Source of the DNA: Polyangiaceae bacterium
GTDB taxonomy: Bacteria > Myxococcota_A > Polyangia > Polyangiales > Polyangiaceae
Assembly (NCBI GenBank): GCA_965222375.1
Contig: CBDCTZ010000015.1
Span: forward strand, 1,472,001-1,536,000
DNA: 64,000 bases
Reading direction: 5' to 3'
Shown: positions 20,673-31,159 of the stretch, one piece after another
How positions within the stretch are numbered: the first letter of the stretch is position 1
Layout: each line of letters starts with the position of its first letter
Translations under genes and position numbers: made by a program
The notes under the pieces: model-generated
Told to the model about the DNA's origin: nothing
The model's database searches: none
The model's input: the letters and a program-made list of their open reading frames with translations, nothing else

Positions 20673-21575
20673 TCAGCCGTCAGCGGGAAGCGCCAGCTTT
20701 CTCGACCACAAGAAGGCATCAGCGCGTTTCTTGCCCCGGACAAGGTGGCGCGAAAGCACACCGGTCTTGCGGAAGCCGTTGGCCAGAAAGATCTTGCCCA
20801 TCTCCAGGTCATCGGTGGCACCCAGGGCGAAGCAGCCCACGATGCCGCGCTCGAAGAGCTCGTCCGTGAGCTTGCGCAGGGCAGACATGATGAGACGGGT
20901 TTCCTTGTCCGTGCGCGGCCCGGTTAGCAGCTCGAGAAACGCGTTGTTGAAACAGGGCTGGGTTTCGACGGAGGCCAGGAGGGAAAACCCGCCCCGCGCA
21001 GTGCAAGTGAAGTTCAGGCGCTCCACATCGCGCCCGAAGGCTTCGAAATTCGTGAGCGCGCGGCCCTGGCGAGCTGCGGCCGCACGGGCTTTGACGACGT
21101 CCGCAGGCCGCGCCAGCTGCACCTTCACGGGCGGGAGGGACTCGGTGTCCATCTCCTTCCAGTGGCGGCGAATTCGCTGGTACAGGCGCTCGGCATCGGC
21201 ACCATCCGAGTTGTCGCTGAACGCGGGGCGCAGGCCCGACTTTTCTTCTTCGTCGTCGTCCGCCCCAATGACATCGGCGCCAAGGATGAAGGCGTCGCTC
21301 CGCTTGTAGAAGCCGGGGATGCTGCCCTCACGGCGGAAGCCGAGTCGGGACCACGTTGAGCACTCGTCGCGCTCGACAAGGATAAACACTCGTTCGACCC
21401 CCTCTCGCCGGGCCAAGGACATCACAAACACCCGCTTGGCGGGGTGTGGCCCCGAGCGGAAGTCGATGATTCTCATCGTCTTTTCGCTGCGGTTGACCAA
21501 CAAGCACAGAGAAACTCCGTCGTTTTGGAAGAGGATCTCTCCCGATTCTTTGGTGTCCGCGACACGTGTAGCCAT
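20673..21575 (-). CDS. Tandem GNAT-fold protein, AblB (beta-lysine acetyltransferase)-like
   Basis: LGFRREGSIPGFY..SDAF in the N-terminal half and IFLANGFRKTGVL in the C-terminal half. Confidence 0.55.
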   Translation of the reverse strand: MATRVADTKESGEILFQNDGVSLCLLVNRSEKTMRIIDFRSGPHPAKRVFVMSLARREGVERVFILVERDECSTWSRLGFRREGSIPGFYKRSDAFILGADVIGADDDEEEKSGLRPAFSDNSDGADAERLYQRIRRHWKEMDTESLPPVKVQLARPADVVKARAAAARQGRALTNFEAFGRDVERLNFTCTARGGFSLLASVETQPCFNNAFLELLTGPRTDKETRLIMSALRKLTDELFERGIVGCFALGATDDLEMGKIFLANGFRKTGVLSRHLVRGKKRADAFLWSRKLALPADG

Positions 21576-21757
21576 CAGATATCCCGCGCCCGAAACCGTG
21601 TGGGCCCCACGGCGCTTCAGCCGTGTTTTCAATAGGTTAGGGCCAGCACCCTGCCGACCCGCGTTGCAGAAGTGAAAGGCCTCTAGCACGGGCCTGCAAA
21701 CCGGGCAACCGGCGCAGATCCCGGGGTTTTGCAGAGATGGGCAGCGTTTCCCGCGAG

Positions 21758-23362
21758 TTAGCTGCGATCGCTGATGTACAGCTTCAAGGTAGATGCCGCG
21801 GCATGACGGTCGAAGGGCACGTCCGCGAGCACGTCCCGCTTCGAGATGTCATCAAAAAGGCGCATCAAGAAGCTGTAGAAAGCCACACACTCGTCGATGG
21901 CTTCCTCCAACCGTTGCGGATCGACCAAGTCGGTATCCTCGAGTCGAGCCATGGCGCGGATGAACGCGTCGAAGCGCGGGTAGTCCGTCGAGCGGAGCAA
22001 TGGATAACCCATAGCGCGAAAGTATGAGAGGAACTCCCGTACGTACTGGAAGTTGTACACAGGCGCCCAGCGATCCTCGGCGGGCGAGTACTGGGCCTTG
22101 CTCGCGAAGGCGCGCACGATCTGAGCGAACATCCACACGTCTCGCCGCAGGCGCTCACTGGTCTCCCGCTGAGCCGCCTGATCGTCGAACACACCGCCCT
22201 CTTCCAAAGACACCCCGAGAGCCTTGCCCAGGAACAGAATCGCGTTGCGCAACGCGGGCCGCAGGTTGGCGTTGGCTCGCACCAGAGCCGCCCGCAGCTC
22301 TGGATCCGACGGGGCCGCCGAGGGGGCCGGCAGGTCATGTTGGAACAGCCGGCGAACCTCGAGCCGCAGGCTACCAGAGATCCCTTCCAGCGCGCTCTTG
22401 ATGCCCAAGAGTCGGTGACCCGCGAGGCGAAACTGCTGCGACTGCTCTCGAAGCATGGACGCGGGAGCCGACAAGAGGTCCCGCTCGAAGCTGTCTGCCA
22501 AGAGCGATCCAGACCATTGGCGCAAGTAGTCGCTCAGGGCGCGGGCATCCGAACGCAGCACCGAAAGCACGAGGTAGGCACGCCCCGCTGCGCGCCGGCG
22601 ACGAGCACCCACATCGGTGCTGATTCGGCTGAGTAGGCGCAGATAGCGGAGCATCCGAAACAACGCCAAGAAGGTCAGGGCGACCAGGCGGTGAGCGCTA
22701 TCCCCGGGCACACTGCGGATCAGGTCCAGGACCTGGCTCGAATGGATGCGGTCGAACTCCGGGCGGAATTCGAGAGCGGTCAGGGGGTTGAAGAAGGTGT
22801 TGTGGCTGACCTCGCGCTGCATGGTGCCAAGCAGCGCGTAGAACAGACGAAAAGGCACTCGAGAACTGCGCACCACGCCGTCCACGACTTCCCCGTTGGT
22901 GAATAGCGCCTGACGCAGAGCCACCAGACTCGCTTCTGGGTTTTCCTGGGAGCTGCCCTCGCGTGCCAATCGCGAGCGCAGGTTGTCCTCGGGCAGCACC
23001 GTCTCGAGGTAGCGATGGAAGACCAGGTTGCGATCGCGTTTTCCGAGCAGCTGCCGGGCGAGGGACAGTGCGCGTTGCATGCCGTCGCGGTACAGCAGGG
23101 TGGCTTGTCGGAAGTCGACGGCGACCACCGGCACTCGCCGTGGAGGGCCGGGGTGATTGCGAGGGTTCGAGAAACAAGCGCTGGCCTTGAGCAGGACCTC
23201 CAGCTCGAACAAGGTCTCTTCCTTGCTCTCGAGGGTCAACTGAGAGAACCAGGCGTCCCGGAGCGCTCGGTGCTCCTGGGCCAGGGCTCGTGTCTTGTCG
23301 AGAAGCTCGCTGTAGGGGTCCCGCCGCTCGAGCAGGTGGGGAGGAAGCGAAGGTGCGGCCAT
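21758..23362 (-). CDS. Hypothetical all-helical protein
   Basis: 534-aa ORF whose start overlaps the MMPL stop (TAATG). Confidence 0.8.
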   Translation of the reverse strand: MAAPSLPPHLLERRDPYSELLDKTRALAQEHRALRDAWFSQLTLESKEETLFELEVLLKASACFSNPRNHPGPPRRVPVVAVDFRQATLLYRDGMQRALSLARQLLGKRDRNLVFHRYLETVLPEDNLRSRLAREGSSQENPEASLVALRQALFTNGEVVDGVVRSSRVPFRLFYALLGTMQREVSHNTFFNPLTALEFRPEFDRIHSSQVLDLIRSVPGDSAHRLVALTFLALFRMLRYLRLLSRISTDVGARRRRAAGRAYLVLSVLRSDARALSDYLRQWSGSLLADSFERDLLSAPASMLREQSQQFRLAGHRLLGIKSALEGISGSLRLEVRRLFQHDLPAPSAAPSDPELRAALVRANANLRPALRNAILFLGKALGVSLEEGGVFDDQAAQRETSERLRRDVWMFAQIVRAFASKAQYSPAEDRWAPVYNFQYVREFLSYFRAMGYPLLRSTDYPRFDAFIRAMARLEDTDLVDPQRLEEAIDECVAFYSFLMRLFDDISKRDVLADVPFDRHAAASTLKLYISDRS

Positions 23363-25992
23363 TACTCTCGGGCAATACTCGCCAAGCTACGGCGACCCAC
23401 CGACGAGGGCGACATCGTGAGCCCCTTGCGTTTGGCGCGCCAAAATAGAATCGCCGGCAGGATCAACACGGCCGCCAGCACTGTGGTGACTTCGCCGATG
23501 GCCGCAGCCAAGCCAAAGCTCTGAACCGCTCGGTTGATGCTGAGCAGAAGGGCCAAGTAGCCCAAGGTGGTGGTCAGAGAACACAGCACTACTGCACCGC
23601 CGGTTTGAACCAAGACGCTGTACAGGACTTCATCGCCCTCGAGCTGGCGTCTCTTCATGACATTGATGGCGTAGTCCGCGCCTACGCCAATGCTGATAGG
23701 CAGCGCCACGAAGTTCAGGAAGTTCAGACGGATGTCCCGAAGGGCCAGGAACGCCACCAGCCACACCACTCCCATGGCCAGGGCCATCAATGCGAGCCAA
23801 CCGCTGCTCTTGCCTCGAAAAGCGAACACGATCACCAAGAAGGTCCCGAGCAGACTGAGCAAGATCGCCTTGGGAGCGTCTTCGCCAACGTTGATCAACA
23901 TGTCCGCGAAAATGACCGGATCGCCCGAGCCGCGAATAACTTCCCCGCTCGGCAACTTCACTTCGCGAAAGCTATCCGCCCAGTCGAGCAAGTAGTGGGC
24001 ATCGTACACGCTGCGCCCCTTGGTGGGCACGATGAACACGATGTTTCCGCGGCGCCCGTCCTTTTCCGTGAAGGGGCGGGCGACGAGCTCTGGTAGATCC
24101 TCGATTCCGACCTTTTCGAGCTTGGAGGGTATGTGTTCCTCGAGCTTCTTCCAGTCCTCGGCTGAGATGAAGCCGCGCTTCTTGGCGTTCTTGAGGCGCT
24201 CGTCGATCTCGCCCAGCAGCTTCAGCTTCTCGTCCTGCTGTTGCGGAATGATGTCGAAGATGCTGACGACTCGGTCGAAGGGACGACGGTCTTTGGGCGC
24301 GGCGTCCCGCCGCTTCTCGAGCTCTTTGACGAGGGGCTGCACCTGGTCGAGGCGATCCGTCAGGATCGCGCGGCCATCTTGACCCAGGCGACCGACGATC
24401 TTGTCGACCCGTAGCGACAGCCGCCCCGCCGACGTTGGCGACAGCCGCTCGTTGCGTACGTTGGCCAAGTCGTACTCCATCGGATCTTGGACGAAGTACC
24501 TCACCGTCAGTGCCGTGGCTCCGACCCCCAGCGCCACGCCAACGACGGCCAAGATGCGTGGCCACTTCCGAGCCGCCATGGCGAAGGGGTAGCCGTACAT
24601 TCCCTTCATGCGGCTACGCCAGCTCGGCTCCTTGCCAGTGAACATCGGCGAATAGCGCTCGCTCAGCACCAGGATGGCCGGCAAAAACGTGTAAGTCGCC
24701 ACCCAACACAGGATCATGCCCGCGCCGCCGATGATCCCGAAGTGCTTGAAGCCCTTGAAGTCCGTGGCCGCGAGGGACCCATAGGCGATCATGGCAGCGC
24801 CAGCTGCAGCCAACGTCGCCGTATGGGTGTCCCGATGCGCCACGCGTACTGCGGTAGCCGGATCGAGCCCCTCGTCGCGCCTCGCTTCCAAGAAGCGCGC
24901 CATGAAGATGATCCCGAAATTGATCCCGTTGCCCGCGATGATGCTGACCAGAAAACCCGTGGCCGTATTGAGGTAGCCCACGGTCAACTCGGCAGTGCCG
25001 AACGCCCAGACGCAGCCGACGAGAATCGTGGCGCCCATGGCCAGTAGCGTGCGAAAGCGCATGAAGAACAACAGCACCACGCCGAGGATGAGCCCCACGC
25101 CCCAAGCGCCCACGTGGGCCAGGTCGTTCTTGACGGCGCTGTGTTGCTCCGCGCTCGTGATCAGATTGCCGGTGTAGCCAAATTCGAGATCCAGCCCGAG
25201 AGCTTTTTCCTCCTCGTCAACGATCTTCTGAATCGTATCGCGAAGCTCGAAGGCCTTGGCATCGCCGCTGCCCAGGGGCGTGCGGACCAGCATCGCCGCC
25301 AGCTTGCCGTCTTCACCGATGTAGTAACCGTCGACGCCCTTGCTCTTCTTCTTCGCCTCGTCGACCTTCTTCTGAAACCGCTTCTTCAACGACTCGGCGG
25401 TGATCTCGGGCGGCGCGTCGTCGTCTTCCGTGATCCCCAGATCGAAACCGGCCTCCTTGCCGACCTCGTAGTCGTAGCGAGCGATCACATCGCCGTGGAG
25501 CTTCTTCAGGTCCTCGAGATCCGCATACAGATGCTTGTTCTGCTTGAAGAACTTCTGGACCTCGCGGGTGCCGTCATCCACAGAGGCCACGTAGTCGGAC
25601 CCCAGCTTGCGAATTCGGGGCGAAACTCGGTCGACGAACTTCTTGAGCCCCTCTTCGTTGGCTTGGGCAGAGGTGGCAACGACCGTGAGTGTGGACGAAC
25701 CGGCGAGGCGCTCGTTCACACGGTGCAGCTCAATCACACTGGCCTTATTGGAGGGCAGCAGTTCGCTGAAAGCCGTCTTCAGCTGTAGGCGCGAAGCAGC
25801 AAAAGCCGCAGGAAGCAGGCTCAGCACGACCACCAGCACCACGATCCAAGGCCGGCGGGTCTGCCAATCCGCGAGAAACTTCAGAATTGGCTCGAGGGGT
25901 CGCCGACGCATCATCACGATCGGCGACTGCACCTCCTGTGCCACCTCGGGCAGAGAAGCGTGGGAACCGCGGCGGTCCGGCTTCTTACTCAC
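23362..25992 (-). CDS. MMPL / RND-superfamily transporter
   Basis: Two repeats of TM + periplasmic domain + 5 TM; GNGINFGI and GVGADYAI motifs; LTTTLGY. Confidence 0.9.
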   Translation of the reverse strand: MSKKPDRRGSHASLPEVAQEVQSPIVMMRRRPLEPILKFLADWQTRRPWIVVLVVVLSLLPAAFAASRLQLKTAFSELLPSNKASVIELHRVNERLAGSSTLTVVATSAQANEEGLKKFVDRVSPRIRKLGSDYVASVDDGTREVQKFFKQNKHLYADLEDLKKLHGDVIARYDYEVGKEAGFDLGITEDDDAPPEITAESLKKRFQKKVDEAKKKSKGVDGYYIGEDGKLAAMLVRTPLGSGDAKAFELRDTIQKIVDEEEKALGLDLEFGYTGNLITSAEQHSAVKNDLAHVGAWGVGLILGVVLLFFMRFRTLLAMGATILVGCVWAFGTAELTVGYLNTATGFLVSIIAGNGINFGIIFMARFLEARRDEGLDPATAVRVAHRDTHTATLAAAGAAMIAYGSLAATDFKGFKHFGIIGGAGMILCWVATYTFLPAILVLSERYSPMFTGKEPSWRSRMKGMYGYPFAMAARKWPRILAVVGVALGVGATALTVRYFVQDPMEYDLANVRNERLSPTSAGRLSLRVDKIVGRLGQDGRAILTDRLDQVQPLVKELEKRRDAAPKDRRPFDRVVSIFDIIPQQQDEKLKLLGEIDERLKNAKKRGFISAEDWKKLEEHIPSKLEKVGIEDLPELVARPFTEKDGRRGNIVFIVPTKGRSVYDAHYLLDWADSFREVKLPSGEVIRGSGDPVIFADMLINVGEDAPKAILLSLLGTFLVIVFAFRGKSSGWLALMALAMGVVWLVAFLALRDIRLNFLNFVALPISIGVGADYAINVMKRRQLEGDEVLYSVLVQTGGAVVLCSLTTTLGYLALLLSINRAVQSFGLAAAIGEVTTVLAAVLILPAILFWRAKRKGLTMSPSSVGRRSLASIARE

Positions 25993-26031
25993 CCCTCGCG
26001 CTCACGATCATCTGGCCGAGCCCGTGCGCCG

Positions 26032-26565
26032 TCACGGCTTGAAATTGAACGGATAGTTCACCGTCGTCTCCATGCCACGAGACGATGGGGGGAACTTGAG
26101 CTTCTTGAGCTCGGCCAGCGCGCAGTCCACCACGGCGGGGGACTTCAGGTCGCTGCGCTCTTGATTGAGCTCCGCGCTCTTGACCTTGCCCTCCGGGTCC
26201 AGGGTGAACTTCAGAGTCATCGTGCCCTGCAAGGTCGGCAAATCCTTCTTGGCCTTTTCGTAGCAATCCCGAAACGGCTTGCGGCCGTTCACGACGGTCT
26301 TCTGGATCAACTCGGTGGTGCGGGTCTCGCCGTCACCGTCTCCGCCGCCAGATTCCGTCGGGGACTCGTCGCCGCCGCTGGGTTCCATCGGGGTCTCTTC
26401 GGAGGACTCGGCCGGAGCTTCGGGCTCGGTTTGCTCCATCCCGGCGGCCACGTCGCTACCGCCCGCCGGGGCGTTTGGCGGCTTGCTAGGGCCGCAACCA
26501 GCAAAGCTGAAACCAATCACGAGCAGGGCGCCAGTAATACCTTGGGCAAGTCCGCAGGCTTTCAT
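26032..26565 (-). CDS. Lipoprotein with AgmX/PglI C-terminal (TonB_C-like) domain
   Basis: FAGC lipobox; FRDCYE..K...P.L.G....F.L...GKV...C....LKFP....VNYPF.F. Confidence 0.85.
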   Translation of the reverse strand: MKACGLAQGITGALLVIGFSFAGCGPSKPPNAPAGGSDVAAGMEQTEPEAPAESSEETPMEPSGGDESPTESGGGDGDGETRTTELIQKTVVNGRKPFRDCYEKAKKDLPTLQGTMTLKFTLDPEGKVKSAELNQERSDLKSPAVVDCALAELKKLKFPPSSRGMETTVNYPFNFKP

Positions 26566-26618
26566 GGGGCGGCATCATAGCCGACGTCAGCGGCCGTGCG
26601 GGCTTTCCTTACAGGCGC

Positions 26619-26745
26619 CGCTAGAAACGGCTCCCCCCTCGGAATAGGGGCGTTTCTAGGCCAGATGGCTCTTGGCGGTGGTGCTGCAGCGGGGGCTTGC
26701 GTGGACGTTTGATCAGGCGCATGTCGGCCCCAGCGGGTCCGGCGA
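26619..26745. repeat. Dispersed repeat R1, copy 1 (hairpin-headed)
   Basis: Aligns with 63873-63999; stem CTAGAAACG/CGTTTCTAG. Confidence 0.8.
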
Positions 26746-26949
26746 ATGCCGCGGATCTACTGGCAGACCCGCGGCATTGACACCGATGTCCCTTTTGCCA
26801 TGGCGCCAGTTTCGCAAGAGGTGCGTACTGCATATCGCCCGTGTAGCCGCGATCCATCCCGCATTCAGCCTCGAGCTCCGGCGCCGTGAGACTGCCGGAA
26901 ACAAAAGAGAACAAAGAAAATTCCGTTCCCGTTTTCAGCGTGCACAGTG

Positions 26950-27060
26950 CGCCGGATAGTTCGGGGTCGGCGTAGAACGTACTGTCCGCCGGATAGTTCG
27001 GGGTCGGCGTAGAACGTACTGTCCGCCAGATAGTTCGGGGTCGGCGTAGAACGTACTGTC
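26950..27060. repeat. 3 x 37-bp tandem repeat without spacers
   Basis: CGCC(G/A)GATAGTTCGGGGTCGGCGTAGAACGTACTGTC at 26950, 26987 and 27024. Confidence 0.95.
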
Positions 27061-27651
27061 GTAAGTCGCGATGCAGCGACTCGCGCGTCGCTCACCTTCG
27101 GAGCCAGCGTGTGTCCTCTGGTCTGCAGAGGCGGAGCACGCAGCCGCCAAAGGCGGGATGCATACGAGACCACGCACCCGGACACCTGTCAAAGGCGCCG
27201 CGCACGCGTGCACGAGCCGGTCGTGTCAGAATCTAGACGTCAGTGTTCGCAATGAATTCGTCTAGTCTTCGGTTGCTGGTGGCATTGACTGGCGTGCTAT
27301 CCGTGTGGGACACAAGAGCTCAAGGCGTGGACGAGTACATCGCGGCACATGAAACGGGACAGCGCTCAGAACAGGACGAGGCGCGCACGCAGTTCAGCCT
27401 GTGGCGGAAGTCGTCCCGCCCCAACCTGACACGAGTACCGTGACGCTCGCGAGGCGCCAGGCAAACATCACCGTCGAAGCCGATCTGACACCTGTGCAAG
27501 GCGTCGAGCCCACGGAAATCACCGACGTCGTCGACGGTACCGGCAGCAACCTGGCTGCTCAGTGGCTTAGCAGTGCTAGGGTTAGCGGGGTTTGTAGGCT
27601 TTGGGCTTTCGGGCAACGGCAAGCAAGATGAAGGACAACCACCGGATTGTC

Positions 27652-28224
27652 ATGAGACTGCGCTGGACCATCCATGTCCCCATCGCCATTGGCGCCCTGT
27701 TGGCCGGCTGCACTCTGCTCGCACCTGAGCGCGACGACTTCTACGGTGGAGGCGGTAGCGCATCAGGCACAAGCGGCCAAGCCGGTCATGAAAGTGGAGG
27801 AGTGTCCGGGGGGGGATTCCCGGGGAGCGGCGGAGCTGCAGCGGGCGCCGGTGGCATTGCAACGGGTGGTGCTGACGCCGGCGGTACGGGTGGAACCGGC
27901 ACGGACGGGGGTGCCACAGGGGGAACTAGCGGAGCGGCAACCGGTGGAACCGGCACGGGAGGTGTCGCGACGGGCGGTACGGGAGGAGTGGTCACCGGCG
28001 GTACGGGTGGAACCGGTACGGGTGGAACCGGCACGGGAGGTGTCGCGACGGGCGGTACGGGCGGCCTTGGCTGCAAGAAGCTGAGCATCTCGTGTAATGA
28101 CAATTGCTGCGCTCCGTTGGAATGCTCCGCGACTAGCAAGAAGTGCTGCAGACCGACAGGATCGTGTTTGCAAGACGTTCATTGTTGCTCGGGCAACTGT
28201 GTCAGCAACAAATGCAAGAACTGA
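27652..28224 (+). CDS. Gly/Thr-linker lipoprotein with Cys-rich C-terminus
   Basis: LLAGC lipobox, TGGTG repeats, C..CC..C..CC modules. Confidence 0.75.
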   Translation: MRLRWTIHVPIAIGALLAGCTLLAPERDDFYGGGGSASGTSGQAGHESGGVSGGGFPGSGGAAAGAGGIATGGADAGGTGGTGTDGGATGGTSGAATGGTGTGGVATGGTGGVVTGGTGGTGTGGTGTGGVATGGTGGLGCKKLSISCNDNCCAPLECSATSKKCCRPTGSCLQDVHCCSGNCVSNKCKN

Positions 28225-28466
28225 AACCTATGTCCCTGAGCGCCATCCGGGCCTCGGCTTGCGTGGGTCAACCGCGCCACGAGACGCGGCAGCCAGTCGT
28301 AGCGCTGCAGATGAAGCACGCGTGGCTTCACTTCCGCATCCCTCGTGAGAGAAATCGCCGTGGTCGGCGACATCTACGCATCCCTCAGCGTCCACGCGCT
28401 TGAGAAGAGGTTCACCAACAGCTAACTGTCCTTTGCTGCGTTTGGTTCGCGGAGCTGGTCGTGGTG

Positions 28467-28552
28467 GCTGATCCAACTGTGCTTGGCTTGTTGGGGGGAC
28501 TGTTCGTATTTGTGGCTCCCAACTACGGCGCGCTGCCGATTGGAGCGAAGGC
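28467..28552. repeat. Dispersed repeat R2, copy 1
   Basis: CTGTG.TTGG..GTTGGGGG..ATTTGTGGCTCCCAACTACGG shared with 39852 and 62973. Confidence 0.8.
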
Positions 28553-28744
28553 TGCACCCACAACGCCCCTACGGCACCGACCGAAACGGTTCGGGTGCCC
28601 CATCGCCGTTGCGGTGCCGCGACAGCGTCTGCCGCCGTGTCCGCACTATGGCGCCATCTGTGGTGGCGGGGCCGCCTCCAACGATGTCGCGTTCCGACTG
28701 GAATTGACCTCCTCGTTCCGAACCCGACCTTCCGCCGATAGTCG

Positions 28745-29161
28745 CTAACGTCGAGAGCGAAAATCCGGACTGTCGCCCATGACCAACTTGCAGTGACCTT
28801 TTATGCACAGGTAGGCATGCTCGGCGCAGGGCTCGGCCGCGGGACACTCGTACGGTTGCTGAGGACAGCTATCCTTCAAGCGGCGGCGCGCCTCCGGCAC
28901 TGCCGCCTTGTTGATCACGTTTGCCGAGCAGGGCTCGGGGCAACACGACGGCGCAGGCACGCAGTTGCCGTCAGCGGTGCAGCTCGTTTCGAGCGGCGCG
29001 GGAGCCTTTTGCGTCTTGCCCGGAGCGGTCGCTGCCGCCTTCGAGGTGGGCGTTCCGCCCTTTGCGCTCGACTCCGGTGCGCCGCCCCCGTCGCCGCCGC
29101 GGGGGCAGCCCACCAAAGCGATACCAATAGTGATCACGAGCCCGACGCGCCAAAGTCGCAT
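28745..29161 (-). CDS. Small Cys-rich lipoprotein
   Basis: ALVGC lipobox; CTADGNCVPAPSCCPEPC...C.KG.C. Confidence 0.65.
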   Translation of the reverse strand: MRLWRVGLVITIGIALVGCPRGGDGGGAPESSAKGGTPTSKAAATAPGKTQKAPAPLETSCTADGNCVPAPSCCPEPCSANVINKAAVPEARRRLKDSCPQQPYECPAAEPCAEHAYLCIKGHCKLVMGDSPDFRSRR

Positions 29162-29318
29162 AGCCGCGAACATACCTTCGCCCACGCCTCCGGCCCAGCC
29201 GGAAAGCCCCGGCGCTCGTTCTTCGCTGCCCTTGAATCCTCGGCGCCGTCACAGACCCGGGAGAGCTTGGACCGCCGCTAGCTCTAGCATCGACCCAGCG
29301 ATGCGGTATCCTGCAGCC

Positions 29319-30035
29319 ATGCGAAACTTGTTGGCGGTCTCTTTCATCGCGAGCTTGGTAGTCCTGACCACCGCCTGTTCCAGCGACAGCAACGACGGCG
29401 GCAACGGGGGGGCCGGCGCCACGGCGGGTTCGGGGGCCACCGCAGGAAGTGGTGGCAGTTCGGGAAGCGGTGGGAGCGCTGGCTCCGGCGCGACAGGCGG
29501 GAGCGGCGGTGCGAGCGGCAGCGGCGGTGCGAGCGGCAGCGGGGGCAGCCCTTCCGGCGGGAAATGCGAAAAGGTCTGTCAACGGATGGAGAGCGCGAAG
29601 TGCCCCAAACAAGACGAGCTCAAGACTTGCATCAAAGAGTGCGAGAGCAACGCCATTTCCAAGTGCATCAAGGAATTCGAATCCCTAGGCGATTGCATCC
29701 TCGGGGCCCCAACACTGAGCTGCAATGCTGATGGCGACGTGGATATCCTTGGCATTTGCAGCAAGGAGTCCGGCGCGTGGACGGCATGCAGCGCCTGCGA
29801 GCCCGTCGGTACCGACGATGCTTGCGATGCCTGTTCGAAAAAATCGTGCTGCTCGGAGCGAACCGCCCTTTTCACGGATCCGAACATCATCCCCTTCATC
29901 CAATGCCTGCAGAAATGCAGTAACGCCACCTGCGCTTCTGCATGTCAGAGCAACCATCCAAAAGTAGCCGCATCTTTCACCGCGCTCAGCTCCTGCGAAG
30001 GTAGCAAGTGCACTTCCGACTGCACCAATAATTAG
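29319..30035 (+). CDS. Gly/Ser-linker lipoprotein with helical Cys-rich modules
   Basis: LTTAC-SS lipobox, GSGG linker, many regularly spaced Cys. Confidence 0.8.
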   Translation: MRNLLAVSFIASLVVLTTACSSDSNDGGNGGAGATAGSGATAGSGGSSGSGGSAGSGATGGSGGASGSGGASGSGGSPSGGKCEKVCQRMESAKCPKQDELKTCIKECESNAISKCIKEFESLGDCILGAPTLSCNADGDVDILGICSKESGAWTACSACEPVGTDDACDACSKKSCCSERTALFTDPNIIPFIQCLQKCSNATCASACQSNHPKVAASFTALSSCEGSKCTSDCTNN

Positions 30036-30313
30036 CCGATAACTCAAGCAACCAGCGTCGCTCTTGCGCTCCGCTCATTCGATAGCTCTGCCGCGGGACG
30101 TTCGCAGTACGGAGTTGGCTGCAAAGTGACCATCGCTAACCCGATGGACGGGACAGACACATCCGCCCCACCCGGGACTGACCCATTGGCAGACGCCGCG
30201 AAGGAGGAGAAGCCTGCGGCCGAAGCGCGACCTGTGCCGGGCGGGAGCAGAGCGTCCCGCGAGCGGCGCTCCAATCTGCCATCCGAGTCATGGAAACGTA
30301 AAGCCTTCGGCAT

Positions 30314-30586
30314 CTATCCATATCTCGTGTTGGTGAACCGCACGTAGTCAGCAGTCGTGTCGCCGTCTGTCGTTTTGGTGAACTCGAGACGGAACTGCGC
30401 GCTAGCCTCCTTGTTGCTGGTCACTTGGTTCGTCGTCAAGAGCACGTTGACGTTCTTTGTTGTGCCGGCGCTACTCACAACCTCGTAGAGTGAGAAGGGC
30501 GCCGTAAAAGCCGCGGCGTTGATGGTCGAGTACTTGATGGTGTGCAGCCTAGGTGAGCCGAGGTTCGCAGCGCCGAACAGCGTCCA
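30314..30586 (-). pseudogene. 3' fragment of a beta-rich surface protein gene, cut at repeat R3
   Basis: Open frame TLFGAANLG...AQFRLEFTKTTDGDTTADYVRFTNTRYG* with no start codon; the 5' end abuts R3. Confidence 0.55.
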
Positions 30587-30625
30587 AATCAGCCGTCATT
30601 CCACCCTGAATGAACCAAACTTGTT
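30585..30625. repeat. Dispersed repeat R3, copy 1 (short)
   Basis: CAAATCAGCCGTCATTCCACCCTGAATGAACCAAACTTGTT. Confidence 0.9.
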
Positions 30626-31155
30626 TCGAGGACGACCACTACCGCGGCAACGAGGGCCAACGCCGGCAACCACCGGACCATCCGTCAGCCGAACCTCGGA
30701 GGCACCAAGGCGCTGCTCTGGGACGCGATTGGTGTTGGAGGCGCGGCCGGGCGTCTGCGCGTCTACGCCGACACGACGTCCATCTGGTTCACCATCAACG
30801 TCTCGTGGGACGGGACGCAGTGGGTGCGTGACTCGACGAGCTGGTTCTCCGGGGGCTTCCGCTTTTCGCGTTCGGAGATCGAGTTCCTCCACGAGAACTC
30901 CTTCGACCCGACCTTCAGCAGTTGGACGCGGACGTGGACGCTGCCCATGTCGTCGACCACCAACTCGGCCTTCGAGACCAGCGGCACGATCCAGGAGATT
31001 GGGCGCGCGGGCATGGAGGGCACCAACACCTACAACGCCACGCGCACCATGGCGCTCGGCGGCTGTACCAACTTCCGAAGTCGATTCCCCGCCACGCCCT
31101 CGTCGATCACGCTCAACGTGACGAACGCGAGTAGCGGGTGGGTTGGCACGGCTGC
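30626..31155 (+). pseudogene. Internal fragment of a beta-rich, possibly phage-tail-like gene
   Basis: Strong GC3 frame GTKALLWD...[11 protein letters not shown]...[15 protein letters not shown] with no natural start or stop. Confidence 0.45.
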
Positions 31156-31159
31156 CCCG

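Noticed and set aside
26950..27060. CRISPR array
   Set aside because: Units are contiguous with no spacers, and no cas genes are present in the window
27252..27620. Intact secreted protein gene
   Set aside because: Signal-like start but the frame breaks after about 60 codons; too weak to assign
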